Assembly (NCBI RefSeq): GCF_001447785.1
Contig: NW_015176458.1
Coordinates: 1,488,216-1,552,215 of the forward strand
Origin: Gekko japonicus
Taxonomy: Eukaryota
DNA length: 64,000 bases
Direction: 5' to 3'
The position numbers were made by a program, and so were the translations under genes. The notes under the pieces are model-generated. The model was not told where the DNA came from. It made no database searches and saw only the letters and a program-made list of their open reading frames with translations. Below are positions 12,814-25,121 of this stretch, in pieces (position 1 is the first letter of the stretch; each line of letters starts with the position of its first letter).

Positions 12814-13031
12814 TAGTATTGCCAACTCCCACTTGGGAGATACCTGGATATTTGGGGAGTGGAGCCTGGAGTGACCAGGATTTGAAGAAGGGGTGACCTC
12901 AGAAGGGTACGATGCCATGGAGTTCACCCTCCGAGGCAGACATTTTCTTCAGGGAAACTGATTTCTGTCATCTGGAAACCAGCTGTAATCCTGGGAAAGC
13001 TCCACCCCCCACCTGGAGGTTGGCAGCCCTA
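12814..13031. mobile_element. hAT-type MITE (TAGGGTTGCCA family)
   Basis: tagtattgcca/tggcagcccta ends and shared body. Confidence 0.75.
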
Positions 13032-13079
13032 GACTTCCTTCTTCTACTACAAAATGCATGGGCATAAACTGACGGCGTA

Positions 13080-13473
13080 TGTTGAAGCGTCCGAATAATA
13101 AGAGTTTCAGGTTGCTGTTTGAAGCTATATACAGTGGTTTTATTTACAGAATATTTACAGTCAGTCCAATCCACTTTGCAATCTCCAAATCCTGAGACTG
13201 TCCAGCAAAGTGCTTCACCAGTAAACGCATTCACAAGTGTGCCCATTTACATCAGGACTGTTCTCCTTATATACAAACAGCCACCAATCAGAGTCTAGTG
13301 CTGACTCATGGTGACCATTAATTAAGCTGATGCAACCTAGTTGCAATCTGTACCTGGTAATACTGTCACATGACAGTTTAACCTGTCACCATACATCAGT
13401 ATGATCTAACTCAATCATACCTGGCTGTCATCTTGCCCAGATATGCTACAATATACTGTCATAAACTTCAATA
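13080..13473 (-). mobile_element. Probable solo LTR (Gypsy/ERV-like)
   Basis: Short inverted ends tgttgaag/cttcaata; minus-strand TATATAA near 13270 and AATAAA near 13140 in LTR order, CCAAT motif near 13285; no TSD found. Confidence 0.45.
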
Positions 13474-14693
13474 AAAATAAGTTCTTTATCACCTGAACAT
13501 ACTGACTTGAAGAGTGTGGAGATCAGTTGTAATTCCAGGAGATATCCTAGATGGAAGTTGGCAAGCCTACGTGGGGAAGAGGTTAGGGGATAAACAGCCT
13601 TGCAGGTGTTCCACAGCATCCGCTGATAATATTATTTTAAAGTTTTCAAAGTGGCACAAGAATGTGTCTTCTAACACAGCTAGGATGTGGCCGGGATATC
13701 TCTTGGAATTACAACTGACCTGCAGACTACAGATCTCACTTCCTCTGGAGAAAATGGCTGCTTTGGATGGTAGGGTGTTAGATTCACTGGTGTGGTGCGG
13801 CCAGGAATCTCTATACATAGCAGAGTGCATGAGGCTTACATGCAGCAGCAGCTTCTGAGTACTGTGTGTGCTAGCAAACTTTCAGAGTTACACGGAACCA
13901 CTTGTCAGTTTCAAACTAATAAGAATCCTTTACTCAAGGAACTACATTCTAGACAGTGCAGGTTGAGAGATAGGAACAGAATCTACTCTAACTAGATAGA
14001 TGGATGCAGATGGAGAATGCCTGACCAGCACCCATGGTGGCAAAGATGGAGAGTGTGTGCACCTTCCTTGTGTGTACGAGAGAGGAAGTGTCAAACCGGA
14101 AAGAAGGAAGTCTTGTCCCTAAGAATAGCATTCTACTTCAAAGGATAGTATCAGATAGCAGGAAGGAAAGGATGCTCTGTGTGTCTCCTGACCACTCTAT
14201 CTGTCTCTAAATCTATGGTGCAGTCTCTGAAGACTGAGGCAAGGGACAGCATACACTCCTCCACTTCCAACATGGGATCTGTGGCACTACACCACCCTGC
14301 TGAGGTCCCTCCGCAGGCTCCACCCCCACATCTCCAGGAATTTCCTAACCTGTAGTTTGCAACCCTGAACACAGCCCAGATATGAGTGATTATTTACAGC
14401 AAGACTCAAAAGACAGTTTTAGACATGTCTGATAATAAAGGGGGGGGCACCTATTGAAAGTACATTTGTTGTACTCTATATCACACAACTGACAGAAAAT
14501 ATGAGTGGCGTAGCATACGTGGAGGGTGGAGATTTTCTCCCTGCATTCTCAAGTGGACATTCTTGGGAAAAGCTGCACAATTCCAGTGTATACACAATGC
14601 AAAGGGCCAGCTAGCTAGGCATGTTTCTAATTGAGAAAATGCTGTTGTCTGCGTGATTAGAAAATGAACTTTCCTTGGAATCTAGGGGAAAGA

Positions 14694-15026
14694 TAGGATT
14701 CCCAAATCCCCCCAGGGGGCGGATTTCCCCCCGCTTTTGAGGCCCGATTTCTGCCCCCGCGGAATCGGGCCCGGGGGAAACCCCACCCCCGCACGCGCGC
14801 CACCCGGATGTGACATACAGACGCTGGGCACGCTGGGGGTGGGGCCACAGCCATTTGAGGGGAAAACATAGAGTTTTCCCCTCAAATGGTTGTGGCCCCG
14901 CCCCCAGTGTGCCCACCGTCTGTATGTCACATCTGGGCAGCGTGCGCACGCTTTGCACACGCGTGCACTCTCCAGACGCCGGGCAGGAGCCCCCCGATGC
15001 CAGGTAAGAATCATTTGGCAACCCAA
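14694..15026. mobile_element. Young CpG-rich hAT-type MITE with internal hairpin
   Basis: Ends taggattccca/tggcaacccaa; perfect 8-bp TSD gggaaaga; internal palindrome 14803-14937. Confidence 0.85.
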
Positions 15027-16451
15027 GGGAAAGATGACATCTGGCGCTCTCATATATCCTCCCCATCCCTCATCCCCCCCCCCGAGGCTGGGGAGCTGAA
15101 TTTTCTCTTTTCTTTCCACCATCTTGTAATGTATGTTATTTATTGACTTGTTTTTAGGGAGTTTTAATGCTGGCTTTAACTTAAACTATTTATTGTATGC
15201 TATATTATTGTAAGCCACCCTGAGCCCTTCTTGTAGGGAAGGGCGGCCTAGCAAATCCAATTTAATAAATAACTATTCCCAGCCTAAAATGGCCCCAGGG
15301 AGTTGTAGTAGTCTACCATTGCGTAAAAGATTTCAATTTCCTTCACTGGACCTAGTCTGAAGTTAAAGCTGCCAGTCTCCTAGCCTTGTCAGCCCCCCTG
15401 TGGGTGTGAGGAATTCCCTGCCTCCAGTTTACATTTCCCACCATCACTCTAAGTGGTGGCGGGAGAAAAATGAAATTTAAAAAGGCCATTAGTGAACAGT
15501 GTCTTGATGCCGGTTCTGGGAAAACCTGAAAATGACATCACTCCTCTCTAGGAATTGGCTGAATTGGTGGTTCCAGAGGACTGACATCAGTTCCAAGTTC
15601 TTCCATAAGTGATGTCATGCCATGTTCCCGTCCCCAACCCCCAGTCTCCAGCTGGTTGTAAGCTGGTTGTCTGGCCACCCTGAAATCTCCAGTTGGAACC
15701 TGGACTTCTCCCAGAATTGCCACTGCTTCCCAGACTATGGAGGTCAGATCCCCTGGAGAAAACGGCAACTTCAGAGGGTGGACTGCACAGTATAATATAT
15801 ATTCTAGGTGAAATCCCTCCCAAAATTCTTCCATTATGTAGAGATAATGAATATAGTCAATAACCTTCAGTGAGACCATTTCCATGGACCACAACAGCAT
15901 ATCTATAAACATTTGAGCCGACGAATAATAAATCTGTAACTTTATATAACATACTATAGCTAAAGGAAAATGGGTTTTTAAAGACAGGAACTGAGTAAAT
16001 AAAAAGTCAAATGATGGAGCATCTCCAGCCAAGTGAGCCAGCCCATGTTGATCCTGAAACAATTACAGAGATGGTGATGGTCTACTCTTCCTTGCCTCCA
16101 GGATCTTCAGGGTTCTCTCCTCTGTTTCATCCTCACAACAACCTTGTAAGTCAGGCTTGCCTGAGAGAGGGTGGCTGACCCAAGCTCACAGAATGAGTTT
16201 CACGACTGCGTGGGGATTTGAACCTGGATCAGCCCAGTTTGAGAGTACGATTTCACACACTAGACCACACACTAGACCACACTGAAAGTAAAAGGCTTGA
16301 TAACATTAGAGGAAGCGTTTCAAAATATGTGCACCTACTGATATACTTACAAAATGTTGAATGGTAGTTTTTAATGGTGACAATCTATGTGTTTTGAGGA
16401 GCATTCAAAACTTGGAGGGGCAACTGGGATTTAGGCATATGGTTCTGTGTG

Positions 16452-16597
16452 CCACGGCATTTAGTCATGCCAGCCACATCACCACGGAAACGTCTTCAGA
16501 CAAGGTTGCCTCTTCGGTTTGGAAACGGAGATGAGCACCGCCCCTTAGAGTCGGATTGGACTAGCTCTGGAGCAAGGGAAACCTTTACCTTTACCTT
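16452..16597 (+). mobile_element. Sauria SINE 3' fragment
   Basis: gagatgagcaccgcccc..agagtcgga...(accttt)n tail. Confidence 0.8.
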
Positions 16598-16779
16598 TTC
16601 TCAACCTTTGCAGTGACTTCTGACAACCACCAGAGGAGTGTTGTTTTATTTATTCACTCTACCAGGAGGATAAAATCCTAAATTTCAGTTAGGCATGCTT
16701 GGACCAAAAACTGGGGTATATGCGGTACTACTAAATCAACATTATACTTCATACATTGGTGATGCAAGTACATAACATG

Positions 16780-17190
16780 CAGAGGTCATTTCGGGGGGGG
16801 ATTGCGGGGGATCGCAGTTCCCCGGGGTGAGGTACGGGGGGCGGGGCACATGACGAAGCCCCGCCCCCTGCTTCCGGCCGCCCCGCTTCCGACCCTCATT
16901 CAGCCAGGAGGAGGCAGGAGAAGAGGGAGGGTAAATTGCTTCCTCCCTGCCTCTCCCCACCACTGCCTGCCTGGGGGCTTCCTTGCACTCCCGCCGGCCT
17001 TGCAGGTCCACCGCCAGGCCCCTCATGGGGCTCGGCAGTGGAGCTGCAAGGCCGGCAGCGGTGGCCGGGACCGTTGGGGGCAGGGGATGTGGCCTTATGA
17101 CACACTTCCAGTGATGTCAGGGGGTGTGGCATATGCTAATGAGTTATGCTAATGAGTTCCCCTAGCTCTTTTTCTATGAAACAACCCCTG
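16780..17190. mobile_element. hAT-type MITE, CAGGGGTCATTT family, GC-rich
   Basis: TIRs cagaggtcattt/aaacaacccctg; perfect 8-bp TSD ataacatg. Confidence 0.9.
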
Positions 17191-17559
17191 ATAACATGTG
17201 TTGTATGCATAAATACCAGGCATATTATGTATAAAAGCCATATAACGTCCCTACAGAATACAAATAAAGCTATAAAGCCAACAGCAAGATGGGGAGGACC
17301 AAAATGGCTGAGACAATGTAAATAAATATCAAAAGAAACGTAAAAAGGGATGATTTGCTTATATACTATCAAGGAACCAATTTTATGCATTTGTGTGCTG
17401 ATATATCGAACTGAATCAGAACATCATTTCATCTTATTTGAAACGCTGCTTTAGCAATTTTTCCCCTCCAGATCATAAAAAATGGATCCAAGAAAACCCA
17501 TATCTATGTGAATCCTAAATTCAGTGATCGCCCGAAGAATAAACCTTCACATGGGTACA

Positions 17560-17800
17560 AACAACATCATTACATGGGGACAAAAAGGATGTGTATATGG
17601 TTTAAAGATCAACATTCTACTGATGCTGTAATCTTAAAGAATGCACGAGTGAGACAAGGTAATCTCTCAGTAGCATACATTGACTCCTGGAGGGCATTTG
17701 AATCTGTGCCACACTCCTGGCTCCTTCAACTATTTTGGGGAGTACAAATTGAAGCCCACTGGTATGCTATTGCTAGGAGTTATAATGACAAAATAGAACA
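17560..17800 (+). mobile_element. R4/Dong-type non-LTR RT fragment
   Basis: ORF 17508-17819: KDQHSTDAVILKNARVRQGNLSVAYIDSWRAFESVPHSWLL, matching the RT domain-3 motif (YIDYxKAFDSVPHxW). Confidence 0.7.
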
Positions 17801-18295
17801 CTGTCATAAAACTAAATGACATGAACACAGATGATACCAGTGGGAGACCTGCAAGGACTTGAGGGGGGCATCTCCTTACTGATGAGCCATATTAACCGAA
17901 GGCGACAACAACAAAAAAGAAACATGGCACTCCAAAGATCTACATGGGAAAGACCCAGAATGGCCTCACAGAGGAAACGTGGAGGTCAGACCTGTAGCTA
18001 CAGTGGGGCATCTCAGGGCCAGGCCCCCTGACTTACTGCCTAGGCCTCCTGACTTTCCATCCAGCTGGTTTATCTTATTTTATTTTGTCATTTATGTATT
18101 TATTTATTTATTTATTTATTTATACCTTCGGCTTATATACCGCCCTGACCCCAAAGGGTCTCTGGGCGGTTTACATAGTAATTCTAACCACATTCACCTA
18201 CATTGTTTCTGGGGTAGTATCTGCCTACCAGCACCCAGGCTAGACATGTGCACCACAGACCAGCCCAACCATTGCCCTGCCCACCAGTGCCCTTG

Positions 18296-18360
<65 letters not shown>
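18296..18360. repeat. (CT)n microsatellite
   Basis: Direct read. Confidence 0.95.
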
Positions 18361-18588
18361 TGTGCCCCCTGACTTATTTAAATCCCCCCAAAGTAAAAAA
18401 ATCCTGGCTATGGTCCTGGTGGAGATAACCTCATCAGTGAAGGACCCAAAAGAAGGTCAGTTGAAAGCAGAAATAAAAGGTTCTATCAGTCGTATTAGAG
18501 ACTGTGTTTGTTACCAGTAACTATCAGGGATGTATAACAGATACACTTATAAAAATACAAGGATAAATTAAAAAGACAATAGTTATAC

Positions 18589-18772
18589 AGGGGGTTGCCG
18601 TGTTGGTTTGCAGTAGAATAGGCAGATTTGAGTCCGGTAGCACCAAGAGTTTCAGGTGTGAGCTTTAAGAGTCAAAGATTCCTTCGTCAGACACACAAAG
18701 GAAGCTCTGGCTCTCAAAAACGTACACCCTGAAACTGTTATTGGTCTCTAAGGTATTACTGGCCTCAAACGT
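18589..18772. mobile_element. Penelope-derived short element with inverted halves and a hammerhead-like core
   Basis: gttgccgtgttggtttgcagtagaa..gagtccggtagcacc... then the reversed ...ttggtctctaaggtattactggcctc; minus strand 18690-18661 reads CTGACGA-stem-TAAAGCT. Confidence 0.65.
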
Positions 18773-20060
18773 AACATGTAATAGGTAGCTGCCCTGCTTT
18801 AAACAGGACAGAAGAGCTTGCAGGATTGGATCAGGTTTCAAACAGCATTTGCTGTCAGTTTAGTATGCAGAACCTCCCCTTTACAATAAATACACTTCCT
18901 GAGAAGAGTGAACAGGGTCATTTGTGGTGGTGGTAATGACAAGGCATGAATGCCACCCCTGTATCTGCACAAAGCTGATCAGCTGAGCTGCTCCAGGGTG
19001 TGAGAGCCACCTTCATCTAACTTCAGTGATGCAAATGTGGTTTACTGGCTGTGGATAAAATGAGTCAGACCTGCCAACACTTGGACTTCACTATTCTTGG
19101 GGGTCAATGCTGGGACAGAGTCCAGAATTAATAGATTCCAGTCTAATTATAATTGTTTGGAAGAGTTTCCTCTGAGATGACCTGAGGATATGGACCAGCT
19201 GCTTAGAGCTGTGTGGCCTCTTGTGTCAGCAGTTGATCCTTGCCCATCTTGTTTGACTACATCTATCTGGAGGGTATTGTCTGAATGGATCCATCAAGGG
19301 AAGTTCCAATTGCCTTGAAGGAGATAGTCATGAAACCACCCTGAAGAAACCCTCCCTAAAACCTGAATAATTTAAACAACTACTGGCTTATGGCAAATAT
19401 CTTTCTTAGTGAGCGACTTCATCATATGGTGCCTATACACCAAGGCTTTCTGGGATTAAATAGATTATAGATTTATTTTAATCAGGTTTCTAACCTGGCT
19501 TTCAAACTTGGTTACACCAACTAATGATTTCTGCAAGGGAAGAGACAATGGCAAGAATCTGGTTTCTAACCCGGTTTTTCGACTTTAGTCCTCACAATCT
19601 CACAATTGCTTTGGCTTCTTGCCCATTTGGCTGAGATTGGAGTTAGGGGCACTATGCTCTGACTGTTCCAGTCTTATCTTGAGCTGAGTCCTGAAGGTGG
19701 TTCTAGCGGAACACAGCTGTTTGGATCCCTGGCGCTTGTGCAATGGGGCCCTACAAGGTCTCATCTCATCTCCCCCACACTGATAGTGATTTACATTAAC
19801 ATGCTAAAATCACTTTTGTAGGAGTAAGCCCCATAGTGTAGACATTGGTAGGATTCTGAGTAGACCTGCTTAAGGTTGCACTGTTGTTCTGCTAGTGGTT
19901 GATTTATGGCTTTCACTAATTGGTTTTAATTGCTTCTTCATTTTCACCATTTTTTTCTGATATCAGTTCTCTTGGCCTCCAACTAGCAACCTGTGGTTGA
20001 AAGGCAGAATTTAAAAAATCTGAGAATCAATCAATCAGTGAACCCTCCCCCCCAAAAAAA

Positions 20061-20362
20061 AAGAACATAAGAGAAGCCATGTTGGATCAGGCCAAAGGCC
20101 CATCCAGCCCAACACTCTGTGTCACATGGTGGCCAAACTCCAGGTGCCACCAGGAGGTCCACCAGCAGGGTCAGAACTCCAGAAGTCCTCCCACTGTTAC
20201 CTCACAAGGACCAAGAATACAGAGCATCACTGCCCCAAACAGAGTGTTCCATTTATACCTTGTGGCTAATAGCCACTGATGGTCCTCTGCTCCATAAGTT
20301 TATCCAGTCCGCTCTTGAAGCTGTCTATGCTTGTGACCACCATCACTTCCTGTGGCAGTGAA
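20061..20362 (-). mobile_element. CR1 LINE 3' fragment
   Basis: aagaacataag tail and 3' UTR; extends into the ORF2 end like the 50195 copy. Confidence 0.85.
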
Positions 20363-21104
20363 CTCTATACTATAACATAGGTTGTGATACATCTTCCACG
20401 TTAAGACTGAAATAAATGGGAAAGAAGAAATCCCAAGTAGCTTTGGAAAAGAAAGTATATCTGCAAACTCAAGGCAATGCAGATATCAGGATCCTGTGAC
20501 TGGATCCCACATGTCTGTTCTGATCTCAGAAGAGGGGCTTTCTTTAAATGACAGTCTTTCCATCACAGGAAAGTGACTCTGCTACTGGAATGGATCCACA
20601 GGATCCAATCACTGCTTAGGAAGTTGTGCTGATGTGAAACAGAATATATTTTATTCATTTTTAAAACATTTTATGCCACCTTTCCACCCATCTTAGGGTC
20701 CCCATGGTGGTAAACAATCAAAGCATGAAAACAAGCTTTAAAAAGCTCTGAACATCTCTTGCCTTGAAAACCCTACAGGGTTGTCATAAGTTTGCCGCTA
20801 CATGAGGGCACTTCCACCATGTGTGTGTAACGATTAGTAACAGCAGTTAACAAAACATATAAACAGGGAGGAGAGTCAGTGTGCATGTTACCATATGTAC
20901 TCCTGTTTAGATACTATGCATCAATCTGTTTGTTCACCATATTTGCCATACATGCAGGAAGTCCCTAATGGACAGTTGCCATTCCATATAGATGAGGGCA
21001 TGGGATATTAGATCACCATTTGAATAAGAAACAGAGTGATATATTTTTTTTTAATTTGGAGGGCAGCAACAAAATGCAAGGGGTGGAGAGGTGGATCCGG
21101 AAAA

Positions 21105-21305
21105 AGGAGGAGGAGGAGGAAGAGGAGGAGGAGGAGGAGGAGGGTGGGGCTGAGAGAGCTCTGAGAGAACTGCTCTTGGGAGAACAGCCCTGAGAGAGCT
21201 GTGACTGACCCAAGGTCACCCAGCTGGCTGCATGTGGAGGAGTGGAGAATCAAACGCGGTTCTCCAGATTAGAGTCCATGCTCCTAGCCACTACACCAAA
21301 CTTGC
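21105..21305 (-). mobile_element. Squam3-type SINE with internal 3' deletion, ending in (CCT)n
   Basis: tRNA head ccactacaccaaac at the right end; body joined directly to the GGA run. Confidence 0.75.
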
Positions 21306-21537
21306 TTTCATTAGACACATTCATGTGGGGATAATTCTATCACTGATTGCTGTACATGATTGCTAGGGAGATCTTCCATGGTCAGAGGCACCTGAACATG
21401 GCATCTTTGTTTCCCAGTTGTTGGGGGAGGGGCAATGCCATGACAAGGCTTTGGCCTCCGTGTCCTGCTTGTAGATCATTTGCTTGGCATTTGTTTGGCC
21501 ACTGTGGGAAGCAGGATGCTAGTTGGATGCAGATTGG

Positions 21538-21725
21538 TGTGGTACTTCCAGAGGGCAGCCATGCTGGCCTGCAGTAGAACTGACAAGATTGTTGGAGGTC
21601 TAAACTTTCAAGAGTCAGAGCTTCCTTTGTCACATAGGAGACAAAGGGAACTTTGACTCTTGGAAGCTTATTCCCCCCCCCCCCAAATCTGGTTGGTCTC
21701 TCAGTCCTACTGGCCTTGAATCTAG
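21538..21725. mobile_element. Penelope-derived inverted element (second copy)
   Basis: Palindromic centre taaactttcaagagtcagagcttcctttgtc / gacaaagggaactttgactcttggaagctta. Confidence 0.6.
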
Positions 21726-22821
21726 CCACTGGTCTGATGCCTCACCGTACTTCTAATTTTTGTATATTGAATTTAGAACAAGGCACTCATCTTTGGCTTT
21801 TCCAAGAAATCCAGCAGGTGAGAACTTTTCCTTTTTTTCAAAAACTGTTTATCCGAACACAGCTCCCTCTGTCTCTCCTCTTAATTCCTTCATGTGCACT
21901 TTTCATCCAAACTTGAGCCACCAGCTCAGTCATTGAGAAAGTGAACACGAACCAATTTACATGCCTGGGTTATTTATCATCATTATTTCCCCCTTTACAA
22001 CAGCACAGTCAAAACCTCGGTGTTTTCTCACCGGTATTGGATTGCGCTGTTGCGGCCAATTTTTACAGTTCCAGGAGGCATTAGCGACCCAGGCCAGCAG
22101 GCAGGCCGGCTCCAATTCAAGATGATTTTTTTTTTCATTACAAACCAGCTATTTCCATCATTATAGTAATTATTTGACATGCCATGGTTTTCGCACTGAC
22201 TTGAATGTCTGTCTGTCTGCCTTCCCCCGTCCCCATCCCATTCTGTGGAAAAAAGGGGGGATCTGATAGGAACAGAATGCATTTCTCAGACCCAGGAAGA
22301 CCCGTCAATCAACAGCATGCTCTAACACGACGCGGCATCACAAACAACATTTTGCAGAGCTGGGCTGGAGAGACGCTGAGTCTGATCTTGGCATTGTTTC
22401 TTGCCAATATCTTTACGTTCTCCCTTTTTATCTGGGCTATCTCTTTATCTCTCTGAGTGCTTAGCTTTGTTTGATTTATTTGGAGAAATGCCACTGGTGC
22501 TCCCTGCGCTGTCCAGACAAAGCCAAAGAAGATTCCCTTCCGATGACTAGGTTTAAAGGGAGGCCATGGTGTGTCTGGGTGATGCTCTACTGAGACGGGC
22601 TATCCTCAAATGCCTTATGCTGCAATAGGGAGGCTTTAGAAACCTTCCTAGATTGGGTAGTTTCACTGCCTAGTTTCAAAAGGGCCGTCTATGCAATAGG
22701 AAACCTCGATGGGTCTGCTTCGGATTGGCAGGCGTGGCCTTCTCCCTTCTCAATATCACTAATGTGCATGTGTAATGTTGCACAAAAGCAGTCTGGAAGT
22801 GATTGTGCATGTGATTGCATC

Positions 22822-23075
22822 TTGACTCTAATCTGGGAGAACTGGGCTTGATTCCCCACTCCTCCACATGCAGCTGCTGGTGTGACCTTGGGTCAGTCAC
22901 AAGTTCTTTCAGAGCTGTTTTCTCAAGAGCAGGCTCTGTCAGCCCCACTTACCTCACAGGGTGACTGTTGTGGGGAGGGGAAGGGAAAGGAGATTGTAAG
23001 CCGCTCTGAGACTCCAGGTGAAGGACAGGGTATAAATCCAATCTCTTCCTCCTCCTCCTCCTCTTCTTCTTCTTC
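22822..23075 (+). mobile_element. Squam3-type SINE, 5'-clipped
   Basis: gactctaatctgggagaactggg...tataaatccaatctc then (CCT/CTT)n. Confidence 0.85.
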
Positions 23076-23119
23076 ATGATTTTTAAATATTGTGTGTGTG
23101 CGCGCTTTGTGTGCTTGCC

Positions 23120-23290
23120 TGGAAGTCATAGTTGACATCTGGTGACCCCTACCGGGGGCTTGAATGTTTTTCAGAGAGGTGGCTTGATTAGCCTGCCTCT
23201 GCCTCTCAGCCCTGGTATTCCTTGGAGATTCCTGCTTAGCTTCCAAGATCTGACGAGATGGGGCTTGCCCGGGCTATCCAGGTCAGGGCA
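23120..23290 (-). mobile_element. 5S rRNA-derived SINE
   Basis: cctgcttagcttccaagatctgacgagatgggcttgcc is the reverse of the 5S box-A region. Confidence 0.7.
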
Positions 23291-24047
23291 CATCTCGATG
23301 ATATTTGTGTGGCGTGTTAGCAGTATACTGGTATAAATAAGGAAACCACCACGAGGGAAAAATTATTCTGGCCAGCTCATCAAGATTGCTTTTTAAATTG
23401 ATATTCCTATGTGCATTAGTCATGTAGAGAGGGAAGGTACAAATTTAAGCATTTTTGTCCTGCTCCCCCCCCCCTTCCTGGCTCACAAAATAAACATAAA
23501 AATACAAATAAAGAGCAAGAATAGATACAGTCCAATACTGTAATATCTGAGGCGAGTCTTGGCTCCACTGGGCCAGTTGACTCAGGGCCGTGGGCTCTCA
23601 GCCACGGACCAAGGGCCAGTTGGCCTGCGCCTGGAACAAAGGAGGGAACAGAAGCTCAGCCCAGATCCCACTCAGCTGGCAGAGAGACATTCCCTGGCTC
23701 CCTGCGTGGCTAGAAGAGCCTCTGGTCACTGCAGACACATTCCAAGATGCAAATTAATTCAGTGTTAGAGATTAAACTGGAATTAAGGGTGAGTGAAAAG
23801 CAGCACGGAAGTTTAGGAACAAGGGAACAGAGCAGAGGCAGTCTACTTCTCTTTACAAAGTTGCTAATTCTGGGTCAGTAAGCATTTTATTTAATTATTT
23901 GATTAATTAATTTGTATCCCGCCCTCCCTGCCGAGGCAGGCTCAGGGCAGCTTACCTAGAATATATTGAACAACTAAAACACAGAATTCAAGAAAACCAC
24001 AACAAAGTGCTAGTGCAAATTTGTAACCGGTGGCGGGCATTCCTGGA

Positions 24048-24343
24048 GACCCTGAGCTGGATGGCCCAGGCTAGCCTGATCCTGCCAGATCTCAAAAACT
24101 GAGCAGGGTCAGCCCCGGTTAGTATTTGGATGAGAGACCTTCAAGGAAGTCCAGGGTAGCTCACTACACAAAAGCATAAGAACATAAGAGATGCCAGTGT
24201 TGGATCAGGCCAAAGGCCCATCCAGTCCAACACAGTGTATCACACAGCAGGCAATGGGAGACCACCTCTGAATGTCTCTTGCCATGAAAACTGTACAGGA
24301 TCGCCATAAATTGGCTGCAACTTGATGCCACTTTCCGCCACCA
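24048..24343 (+). mobile_element. 5S rRNA-derived SINE interrupted by a minus-strand CR1 3' end (about 24175-24248)
   Basis: 5S-like head gcctgatcctgccagatctcaaaaactgagcagggtcagccccggttagtatttggatgagagacc; the tail resumes after the CR1 piece. Confidence 0.8.
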
Positions 24344-24870
24344 TCAAATTCCTGATGATTTGGGGGTGTGGCCTGGAGAGGGAAGACTTGGGGAGGGCTG
24401 AGCGCTCAGTGGGTGTATGGTATCTGTGGTATGTTATAGAATCCCCCTCTGAAGATGCCATTTCCTTCAAAGGAAGTGATCTCTGTAATCTGGAGAGGGG
24501 TAGTAATTCTGGGAGAAATCCAGGTCCAAGATGGAGGCTGCTAACCCTGGTTCATCCATGGCCTATATGGGACGGTGTGAATCTGATGGATTTTTCTAGA
24601 CTTGGACAGTGCCATCCTATGCAGAGTAATACCATTGACTTCAAGGGCTGATTTTGTAACTTGTCAGTACATTTTTATCATTCACAGTGTTTAGTTAAGA
24701 TTCCCCACTGTTTCTCCACTTTTAAATAAAAGCTCTTGGGTAAATGCTGCTCAGGTTTTGAAGGGGACATCCAGAATTCATTGACCACTAACCTGGCCGC
24801 TTGTTTGTTTGTATTTTTAATTAGACTAATAGCCCTCCCCCCCCTGCAGAACAGGGCTCAGGGTGGGTAA

Positions 24871-25002
24871 NNNNNNNNNNNNNNNNNNNNNNNNNNNNNN
24901 NNNNNNNNNNNNNNNNNNNNNNNNNNNNNNNNNNNNNNNNNNNNNNNNNNNNNNNNNNNNNNNNNNNNNNNNNNNNNNNNNNNNNNNNNNNNNNNNNNNN
25001 NN
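24871..25002. other. Assembly gap (N run)
   Basis: 132 N. Confidence 0.99.
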
Positions 25003-25121
25003 TAAAAATACAATCAACTGTAGTGTTAAGAGATGGTGGGGAGGGGGGTATATAATATCTGTCTAGCCTGAAGAAAGGGGAGGGAAGCAGGAGGTAGGAG
25101 AGAGAGGGGAGGCCAATCAGA

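Noticed and set aside
14611-15146. Six overlapping ORFs on both strands
   Set aside because: Produced by a GC-rich palindromic MITE that lacks stop codons
19400-19480. Possible Penelope GIY-YIG C-terminal remnant (FIIWCLYT..GLN)
   Set aside because: Needs a frameshift and matches too few residues to support
24048-24160. 5S rRNA gene
   Set aside because: Many substitutions relative to 5S, fused to a repeat tail and present as dispersed copies, so it is a SINE head
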